Assembly (NCBI GenBank): GCA_963677765.1
Contig: OY782392.1
Span: forward strand, 300,001-332,000
From: Candidatus Saccharimonadota bacterium
GTDB lineage: Bacteria > Patescibacteriota > Gracilibacteria > BD1-5 > UBA6164
Length of the DNA stretch: 32,000 nt
Direction: 5' to 3'
The notes below the pieces were generated by a model. That model ran no database searches. It worked only from the letters and a program-made list of their open reading frames with translations, and was not told where the DNA came from. Positions 19,052 to 27,900 of this stretch are shown here, piece by piece (position 1 is the first letter of the stretch; each line of letters begins with the position of its first letter). The position numbers and the translations under genes were made by a program.

Positions 19052-19068
19052 AAAATTAGTCTTTTTTT
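19041..19068 (+). terminator. phr intrinsic terminator
   Basis: aaaaagacta-aaaaat-tagtcttttttt. It is nearly identical to the terminator at 11621-11650 and again includes the codons K-D-stop. Confidence 0.75.
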
Positions 19069-19125
19069 GTTGTATAAAAAAGATATGATAAAATATTATT
19101 AAATATACAATTTAATAATACTATT

Positions 19126-20697
19126 GTGTTCCAAATAAAAACAATAAATATTCAAAACTTTAGAAGCATAGATTTTCAAACAATAAATTTTTGAAAAAAT
19201 AAAACAGTTCTAGTATGAAAAAACAGCAGTTGAAAAACTGTGATTTTAAAAGCAATTGAAAAGTTATTAAATTCAAAAAAAATAAAAAGAAAAGATTTTT
19301 TAAACAAAAACAAAAAATTAATAATAGAAGCTATTATAGTAAACAAAGGTAAAGAAGTTTCTATAAAAATAGAATCTATATTTAATGAAGAAAAGCAAGA
19401 AGCAAATACAAAAAAAATAAATTTCAACAACGAAATTGAAAAAATAATAGAAAAAATAAATGTTATATATATACCTAGTGACAGAAAAATAAACAAAGAC
19501 AATAAGGAGAATTGATATATGAAACTTATTGACCTAATATTAAAAAACAAAGAAATAAATCAAAAAAAATCAATATATACTAAAAAAGAAGTAAAAAAAC
19601 TAAACAAAAAATCTTGAAGAAAGAAAACAACTCTATTAATAACTCTTTTAAGACTATATTTATATAGTATAAATAATAAAAATAACAAAGATTTTACAGT
19701 TTTTATTATTGATCAACCTGAAAACTTTTTGCATCCACATGCAACAAAAATGATTGATTCTATACTACAACAAATATGAGAATTAGAAAATACACAAATA
19801 TTTTACTGTACTCATTCACCTGAACTAGTTTCAAATTTTAGAAAATGAAAATATGAAATTTCTGATATATTATTCGTAAAAAATGAATGAGGGATAACTA
19901 AAACTCAAAAAATTGATAACAGATATTGAAGATTTAATAAAATAATGATAAATTTAATTTTTAAAAATGCTTCTATATTTTTCTCTGATGCTGTTATACT
20001 AGTAGAATGAGAAACTGAAAAGATATCTATACCAAATATATATGAAAATATAAACTGGAATAATTATTCTAAAATAAATAAAAAAAATATATCAAAAGAA
20101 GAAAAAATTAATTACTTTAACTTGAATCATAAAAATATTAGTGTTATTGATGTTTGATGAAAATGAGCACTATATGAGTGGTATGTTTTTGCTTGTGAGT
20201 TATTTTGAAGAGAAAATGTTATAGCATTAATAGACAGAGATGAAAATTTCTATATAGATCGTGATATGATTATAAAATCTATTAGAAAAATATATAAAAC
20301 ATGACCTATTTTTGAAAATGATTTCAAAAAATATAATTGGATAGTCTTAAATTGAGAATTTGAAAACTATTATAAAATTGATTCTATAAAAACATATATT
20401 ACAGAAGTTATTACTTCTAGAGCTGAAAAATTTTGAGAAGATTTCGATCAAGAAAAATTTGATTTAAGTTTAGATAAATTAGATTCAAGATTAAAAAAAT
20501 TAAAACAATCAAAGAAAATATCTAGTGAATATGAAAGGTTATTTAATTCATATTTTAGAAAATATTCAAAACCTACTATAGCATTTAATTTATCAACATG
20601 GTTAGCACAAAATAATTGATATGATGAAGAATTATTAAAAATATTTGCAAATATGATTGAAAAATTTGATAAAAATGAATCTAAAAATAAAAAATAA
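19126..20697 (+). CDS. OLD-family ATP-dependent endonuclease (ABC-type ATPase + Toprim), stand-alone
   Basis: About 523 aa: (V/M)FQIKTINIQNFRSI...LVGKNSSGKT (P-loop), FIIDQPENFLHP (Walker B-like), YCTHSPELV, then Toprim AVILVEGETEKISIP (20002-20019) and ALIDRDEN. The start is uncertain between GTG 19126, which gives the canonical N-terminus, and ATG 19084. Confidence 0.75.
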
Positions 20698-20755
20698 TTA
20701 TTCACTATTTTTAATAGTAAATAATATTAAGAAATAGGATTATATTTATTAAACT

Positions 20756-20788
20756 AAAAAAGAAGTAAAAATTATTTACTTCTTTTTT
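20756..20788. terminator. Bidirectional terminator between convergent genes
   Basis: aaaaa-agaagtaaa-aatta-tttacttct-ttttt, with an A-run upstream and a T-run downstream. Confidence 0.7.
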
Positions 20789-20791
20789 GTT

Positions 20792-21322
20792 TTAAGAAAA
20801 ATTATATATTATATTGTTACTCAATAAATAAAAAGATATAAATAAACTTAATATAAGTCAAAAAATAAAAAAAGAAATAGCATAATTTCTATCAAACTCC
20901 TTTATTGATTTTTTTAAGTCTTTATGAGTTTTATGAAATTCAATAATTCTATCCTCTATTCAATTACTAGTATTTTTAGATATTTTAATGTCTTTTTTAC
21001 TTAAAGATTTAAATATATTATTAATAATAACTATAAAAAATATCACAAAGAAAATAACAGGCACAATAATAGTAAAAAATCATTCATCTATTAATCACAA
21101 AAATAAAGAATTAAATACTACATAAAAAAATATTAATCAAGAAAATATTCAAATAAAGAATAGTCATGTTGCTCATAATTTATTTATTACTACATTAATA
21201 ATATTTTCCTTCTCTTCTTTTTTTAATTTTGATAATTCATTTTCTAAATATTCATAATCAATACCGTATTTTTTATTTTCATTTTTTGATCTAAGTTTAT
21301 CAAATATAGATTTATTATTCAT
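20792..21322 (-). CDS. Hypothetical membrane protein (176 aa, about 4 TM)
   Basis: MNNKSIFDKLRSKNENKKYGIDYEYLENELSKLKKEEKENIINVVINKLGATGLFFIGIFSGLIFFYVVF.... Uninterrupted with TGA=Gly; no family recognised. Confidence 0.55.
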
Positions 21323-21331
21323 ATATAAAAA

Positions 21332-21366
21332 AATTAAAATATATAAAATTATTATATATTATTTTA
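21332..21366. repeat. 35-nt AT-rich repeat, copy A (upstream of the 20792-21322 gene)
   Basis: aattaaaatatataaaattattatatattatttta. 34/35 identical to the copy at 23057-23091. Confidence 0.7.
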
Positions 21367-21378
21367 TAAAAAGTACAC

Positions 21379-21407
21379 AAAAAAGCTAGATAAACTCTAG
21401 CTTTTAA
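21379..21407 (-). terminator. Hairpin after lemA
   Basis: aaaagctaga-taaact-ctagctttt, immediately downstream of the LemA stop on the minus strand. Confidence 0.6.
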
Positions 21408-21409
21408 AA

Positions 21410-21994
21410 TTATTCAAATAGTTGTTTTACATTAGGTGCAATATCAGATCACTCTCATGCTTCAAATACAGGTTTAGCTCATAAATCAAAAATTCCTGAT
21501 ATAATATTATTTGGAAATTGTCTTACTAAAGAATTATATTTCATAACTTCTTCATTATATCTACCCCTCTCTGTTGAAATTCTATTTTCTGTTCATTCAA
21601 GTTGAGTTTGTAAATCTGAAAATAAAGGAGCTGCCTTTAGGTCAGGATAATTTTCTTGTAATAACATTAGTTTAGAAAGAGCTTGAGTTAATTCTCATTG
21701 ACTTTGATAAAAAGCTTTAAAATCTTCCAAATTATTTATATCAACTTTTATACTAAGAGCCTCACTTCTAGCTTTTACAACTGACTCCAAAGTTTCTTTT
21801 TCATGTTCGGCATATTTTCATACAACAGCTACAAGTTGTGGTACAAGATCTGCTCTTCTTTGATATTGATTTTCAACCTGACTCCATGCAAGTTTTACTG
21901 ACTCATCAAGAACAACAAAATTATTATATCTTCATATAAGAGTAGTTATAAGTAATACTGTTAATACTCATAATGCTATCCAAAATTTTTTCAT
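21410..21994 (-). CDS. lemA: LemA family protein
   Basis: 194 aa with an N-terminal TM helix, then ...YNNFVVLDESVKLAWSQVENQYQRRADLVPQLV...ENRISTERGRYNEEVMKYNSLVRQFPNNIISGIF, the characteristic LemA sequence. Confidence 0.88.
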
Positions 21995-22054
21995 AATTTT
22001 TAATTTATAAATTAATATTAATATTATAATATTTTTAAAGTAATAATCAATATT

Positions 22055-22966
22055 TTACCATTTTCATCTACTTCATCATCATCCAAAAGATCAACCAGAA
22101 TATCTTCTAGATTTTGATTTCCTTGAATATGATGATTTTCTATAAGAAGATGAAGATCAAGAATATCAAGATTGATTTGAATAATCAATAAAATCAAATA
22201 TTTTGGAAATTATAAATTGAATAATTATATTTAAAAGTAATATAAAAAAAGATAAACTTAGGTAAAAAATAAATACAGAAGAAATAATAATAATTATAAG
22301 TAATTTTATATTTCTCTTCTTTTTATCTTCTTTTTTCTTATAAATACCCAATATATTATAAAATAAAGGAAAAAATAAAATAGACAAAAAAACAAATGAG
22401 AAAGAAAGAACTAAAGTTGATCAGAAATCATTTTTATTTTGTTGTGTATTATTATATTTAGAAATTATACTTTGATCTAATAACAAAAATCATCTTATAT
22501 CACTTAAAGCAGAAGATATTCAAGAATAGTAGTCTCATATTTTAAAATTATTTGGAAAATTTATCTCTCAGATACTTTTTGTTCTAATATCAGGTAAAAT
22601 TCCTTCTAATCAATATCAAGTAGAAATATTCCATTGTTTATCATCTATTGCTATTAATATAACAAGACCATTATCCTTATCAGCTTTACCTACTCACAAA
22701 GTTTGTCATATATCAACTCAAAGCTTAGATATATCCTGTCATTGTGTAGATTTTATTATAGCTACAAATATTTCAGCTGTAGTTTTATTCCCTATATCTT
22801 CTATTTTTTGATTAAGGTTATCTATCTGCTCACTATTTAAAATTCAAACTTGATCAACAACATATGAATTTTTTCCATTTAAGGAATTTATATCAAACTG
22901 AGAATTAGATATACCAAAAGATAAGCTATAAAAGAAAAGAAACAAAAATAATAATATTTTTTTCAT
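22055..22966 (-). CDS. TPM-domain protein (YgcG-like) with TM segments and G/S/R-rich tail
   Basis: 303 aa: signal peptide, ...YVVDQVGILNSEQIDNLNQKIEDIGNKTTAEIFVAIIKST...VGKADKDNGLVILIAIDDKQWNISTGYGLEGILPD..., two TM helices, then tail ...RRYSGGSFGGGGSRGKW. The track ORF 22166-22387 is an in-frame piece of it. Confidence 0.82.
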
Positions 22967-23056
22967 AATGTATTTATTTAATATATAAATTTATAGTACA
23001 AAAAAAAGCTAGAAAATCAATTATGATTAATCTTAGCTGTTATTAATAGTTAATAA

Positions 23057-23091
23057 AATTAAAATATATAAATTTATTATATATTATTTTA
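23057..23091. repeat. 35-nt AT-rich repeat, copy B (upstream of the TPM gene)
   Basis: aattaaaatatataaatttattatatattatttta. 34/35 identical to the copy at 21332-21366. On the minus strand it contains a TATAAT-like box. Confidence 0.7.
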
Positions 23092-23103
23092 AATAATAAT
23101 CAC

Positions 23104-23138
23104 AAAAAAAAACTGGATTACGGTGCAACGTAATCCAG
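23104..23138 (-). terminator. tRNA-Lys terminator
   Basis: Stem ctggattacg/cgtaatccag with a 6-nt loop, followed on the minus strand by a run of 9 T. Confidence 0.8.
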
Positions 23139-23156
23139 CTTGCTTTAAATTTCAAA

Positions 23157-23232
23157 TGGTGGGTCATCCGGGGCTCGAACCCAGGACCTTCTCCTTAAAA
23201 GGGAGCTGCTCTACCAACTGAGCTAATAACCC
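23157..23232 (-). tRNA. tRNA-Lys (anticodon UUU)
   Basis: The reverse complement is gggttattagctcagttggtagagcagctcccttttaaggagaaggtcctgggttcgagccccggatgacccacca. It has standard D and T arms, anticodon loop cTTTTaa and an encoded CCA. Confidence 0.88.
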
Positions 23233-23314
23233 ATAACTTCTAAAGCTCGTGTATTGTAGTTAAAAAAATGAGTAATGCAAATTTTTTTTTCACTTTTTTT
23301 AAATATTTTATATA

Positions 23315-23356
23315 ACTATCATATTATTGTCTATATATAGCCAATAATATGATAGT
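23315..23356 (-). terminator. Perfect 15-bp hairpin just after truB (terminator or processing signal)
   Basis: actatcatattattg (23315-23329) / caataatatgatagt (23342-23356), 12-nt loop, 5 nt downstream of the truB stop. There is no clean U-run on the minus strand. Confidence 0.4.
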
Positions 23357-23361
23357 ATTTT

Positions 23362-24225
23362 TTATATTTTACGAATAGCTTTTAGATACTCTCAGTTATA
23401 TTCTAACACATTAGTAATTTTTTTTCAATCAAAAACAAAAAGTTTTTTTCATATTGGATAATCAAATTTTGAATAAATTTTTAATCAATTATTTATTTTA
23501 TTTAATATTTCATCTTCTAAATCTATAAATACATGTGAAGAAAATAACTTTTTATCATCCAAAGTTATATTTCAATCAAAATCATCTAAAGATTGAGCAT
23601 CAATTACATCTAAATCTCAAACTTTAGTTCTTCTAAGCTTAGTAACATATCAACCTGTTCATAATATTTCTCATAAATCAGAAGCAATTGACCTAATATA
23701 TGTTCATGCTGAAACTTCTGCTCTTATAGAAAGCTTTGGATAATCATATGATAAAATCTCAATTGAGTATATAGTGGTTTTTCTTGATTTCATCTCAAAA
23801 TCTTTTCATTCCCTAGCTAGTTCATATGCTTTTTTCCCTCATAGTTTTAATGCACTATATTTAGGTGGAATTTGTTCAATTTCTCATAAGAAATTTTCTA
23901 TTAAAATATTTTCTATCTTTTCTTTAGATATTTCTTTTTTATATTTTTCGACTAATTTACTATCCAAAAATTCAATATCTTCTCATAAATCATATGAAGC
24001 TGTAACTCAATCTAAAGATACTTCAAACTCATATGTTTTTTTATCATACTCAAAAAAAGGAATCAATTTTGTATAATTTCATACAGCAATTAAAAGACCT
24101 CCTGTTGCCAAGGGGTCCAAAGTTCAAGTATGTCACATTTTTGATGTATTTAGCTTTTTTCTTAAAACTCTTATAACATCAAAACTACTCATTTCAAGTG
24201 GTTTATCTATAAAGTAAAAACTCAT
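23362..24225 (-). CDS. truB: tRNA pseudouridine(55) synthase
   Basis: 287 aa: MSFYFIDKPLEMSSFDVIRVLRKKL..KMGHTGTLDPLATGGLLIAVG...EQIPPKYSALKLGGKKAYELAREG...VSAGTYIRSIASDLG, with the catalytic Asp motif HTGTLDP. Confidence 0.92.
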
Positions 24226-24228
24226 ATT

Positions 24229-24900
24229 TTATAAATTATCGTATTCATAATTAGAAGGAGAAGAGAAAAATCTAGGAAATGTTTCTATTCATAAGCTAGG
24301 TTGAATAAAAGAAAATCTTTTAAAATTAAAATATCATAAATCTAAAAATACTTTTCAAACTATATCATCTTTTGAAATAAATTCATCTCTTCATATACAA
24401 TTAGAGAAACATTCTCTAGAATCAGTAGAATGATTTCTATTATCTCACATAACAAAGTATTGATCATCTCACAGAGAATATTGAACAGAAGACCTAGAAG
24501 AACCAACAAATGTATATCATTTATTTTCTATATTAAGATATTGTTCATCTAACATAACAAAGTCATCAGCTCATGAAATTTTTATGTAAACTTCACCTCA
24601 ATCTATTTTTAATGTATCTCAAGGCATTCAAATAATTCTTTTTAAGAAATATTTTTTATCATTTCATAAATTAGGTTCAAAAACTATAGAATCACCTCTT
24701 TCTGGCTCACTAAAAAAGTAACTTAATCTATCAACAATTATAAATTCTTTATCATAGTATGATGAATACATTGATTGACCACTTATTTGAAAAGGCATAG
24801 CTACAAAACTTCTAATCAAAACAACTATAATAATAATAATGATTAAGTCTTTAAAAAAATCAACAATTTCTGATGTTTTTATTTTTTTTTGTAAATCCAT
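24229..24900 (-). CDS. lepB: Signal peptidase I
   Basis: 223 aa: TM helix, ...MPFQISGQSMYSSY...RGDSIVFEPNLGNDKKYFLKRIIGMPGD...YFVMGDNRNHSTDSR.... It has the SM (Ser), KR (Lys) and GDNR..S.DSR boxes. Confidence 0.9.
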
Positions 24901-24958
24901 TTTATTTAAATTTTATAAGTATTGCAGTAATTATATTATTTTTAGAATAAAATCAATT

Positions 24959-24991
24959 AAAAAGTACTATTATTAATTAATAGTACTTTTT
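24959..24991 (-). terminator. Terminator of the giant surface-protein gene
   Basis: aaagtactatta / taatagtacttt perfect stem with a 5-nt loop and a T-run on the minus strand, starting 2 nt after the stop at 24993-24995. Confidence 0.75.
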
Positions 24992-24992
24992 A

Positions 24993-27900
24993 TTATTTAT
25001 TGTCATCTTCTGTCTTTAACCAGTCTGGTATCTTCATTCAATCATCCCATAACTCTGTTGAGTCTTGAGTTTTTTTAGTTTTAGAATCAGAAGTTTTATC
25101 TTCTTTTTTTACAGACTTTTTAGTTGTTTCTTTAGATGAAGTAGTAGATTTATTATTAGACTTAGTCTTGTCATCTTTTTCTGATTTTTCTTCTTTTTTA
25201 TCAGTAGAATTATCATCAATTGATTTATCTAAATCTTTATTATCTTTTTTATCAGATTTTTCATCTGACTTTTCAATACTTCATTTTAACCAATCTGGTA
25301 TATTATCTTCTGAAGTATCTTCTTCTTCGTCTAAATCTATTTTAGTAAGATTATCTAAATCTTCTTTTGTATCCATTTTCGGTAAAGATTCTTCTTTTTT
25401 AATAGAATCAGATTTATTATTAATAGAATCTTTTTTATCTAAATCAGAATCAGAGTTAGAATTTATTTCTTCTTTAGATTTAGAAGATCACACTTTTGTT
25501 AAATCTTTTTTATCTAAAAGGTTTTTAGATTCTTCTTTTTTATCAATTTTTATATCCTGCTTTTTAGGATTTTTTTCTTTAACAATTTCTTTTTCTGATT
25601 CTTTACTCTCAACACCTTCATCTTCATCAAAACTTCCCTTTAACCAATCTGGTATTTGGGATTTAGTTTCAGTTGAAGTAGTATTAGTAGCAGCTTTATC
25701 TAAATTAGGTTTATATGTTTCTACTTTTGTATTATCAATTTTTTTAGATTGTTCTTTATCATTATTTAAAGATATTTTTGTATCATTTTTATTATTAGAA
25801 CTATCTAGTGGTTTATTGATAACTGGATCACTTATTTTATTTTCTTTAAGATTATTTTCCTTAGGTTTAGTATCAAAACTATCATCAAATCATCATTTTA
25901 ACCAATCTGGAACATCTCAAGAATTAGTATTTTTAATATTATCCTTTGTTTCTATATTATCATCTTTTTTGTCTTGTTTATCAGTTCAAGTTAGAGGATC
26001 TTTTATATCATTATTTGATACATTTTCTTTTGGTTTATCATCATAAGAAAACGGATCAATAAATTCATCTTTTGTAGATTCATTATTAGGTGATACTTCT
26101 CATGATAAAGGATCAATATTATCTGATTTTTTTTCTTTTATAGTATCATCTCAAAGAATATCTCATAAATCAGAAATATCGTCTTTTACAGTTGAATTTC
26201 AACTAGATTTTCATCAAGTTTTTTCTGAAACAAATTCTGAAAAAGACTTATTTTTATCTTTATTAACAAGTTTATAATAAATAAAGAACAATACAATTAC
26301 AAATGTAAATAATAATATTATATAAAATATAATTTTTAATATAAACAATATTGCATCAATAACTCATGATCAACCTGTAGTTCAACCGATAACTTCATCA
26401 TTTTTAGCAACCTCTTCTTTTTCTTGTTCAGGTATATTATTAACACCTCAATATACAAATGTATTTAATATTGCCTTGAAATCATTTTTTTCTTTTACAG
26501 ACATATTTGGATCTTCAGCAACATTTCTAAGAATTTGTTTTCATAAAACTACATTTTCTTCTACATTATCATTTTCTGATATAACTTCTAATTTTGCAAC
26601 CAATAATTGATAACAAGTAACATTTTCTCACTCAACTTCTAATGATTCTTCTTCGATACAAGCTATATTAGTTGGTAACATGTTTTTTAATGCAGTTAAA
26701 GCTATTGCTTTTTCTGTTCTATCTGCTTCACCATCAACTAATAATCATTCTAATATATCTATTATTTCTGCAGAAGAAGATAATCATGACTCATCTAAAT
26801 AAGTAGAAAATTCTAAAATAACATTAGTTTTTTCTCTATTATCATTCCATGCTTCTTTTAATCTTTGAACATACATTAATCATTTTAATTTATGTTCTTT
26901 AGGAAAAGAATCTACTTTATTTTTAATTTTTTCTAATTGTAATTTTACTGAATCAGAAACTCATTCAAAAACTATAGAACTTGAATCAATCATTTCATCT
27001 TCCTCAATATATTCTTTTAATATAATTATATCTCTAGAATTTATAACTTTTCAAGATGAATCTTTAGTAAATATTCTTAATTTTTGTTCTCTAAATTCAT
27101 TTAATTCAATTTTTAAAGGATTTCATGAAAAGTAACTATTATCATTCTTGTTATCTTCATCATCATCATTTCATCAATTCAAATCACTATCAATTTCAAT
27201 ATCATAATCTACAACATAATTTTCTGCTTTATCATCAAATGCAAAATATAAGAAAACATTATCAATTTCATCTTTTAAAGTAATAATATTATCTTCTATT
27301 TCATTATTTGAAATAACTGGAAAATCTTGTTTTCTAATATTTATTATATTAGCTACATTTTTTGTAACTTTTTTTGTTATATCTCTTATTTTAGTTCATT
27401 CAGTTAATTTTAATTTAACTAAATGTACATTTTTTGCATCTTCATATGTATAAACAAAAGATCCGTTAGTAGTAATTTTATTTCAATCTCACATATCCCA
27501 TTCATACTCAGCTCAAACTCATAAACTTTTATCAAAGAATATATAAGTATTACCATAAGAGTAATAATCAAAATCTGGCTTTAGTATATTTGATACATTT
27601 ACAGTAACTGTTTTAGTGTTTGAGAATCATTTATTTGATACTTTTACTTTTGCTCTTTTTTCTCAAGAACTATTATAAGTATAAGTAGTTACATTACTTG
27701 TTGTTTCTTTATCATAAAATCAATCCCCATCAAAATCCCAAGAAAATTTTACTTTATTATTTAAATTTTGTCCTAATATATTCTCTGCATTTGCTGAAAA
27801 AGTAACTTCATCACCTATTCAAACAGATGAATTATTTACAACTAAATCTAATAAAGGTGTATTTACATTATCTCATGTAAGAGTGATAAAGTATTTTGAA

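Noticed and set aside
19084-21322. OLD nuclease as part of a Gabija, retron or PARIS-type multi-gene system
   Set aside because: There is no helicase, reverse transcriptase or DUF4435-like partner. The upstream neighbour is a terminated photolyase gene and the downstream neighbour is a convergent membrane protein. I therefore treat it as a stand-alone class 1-like OLD gene.
25168-26046. 292-aa plus-strand ORF in the supplied track (S/F/L-rich, repeated FNQSG)
   Set aside because: It is the antisense shadow of the K/D/E-rich tail of the giant minus-strand gene, and FNQSG is simply the complement reading of PDWLK. It has no start context or family resemblance, and the minus-strand frame is part of a 1765-codon ORF with recognisable domains.
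25000-26100. Possible tandem DNA repeat or CRISPR-like array in the repetitive region
   Set aside because: There is no regular repeat-spacer periodicity. The similarity is compositional low complexity plus four short coding motifs inside one continuous ORF.
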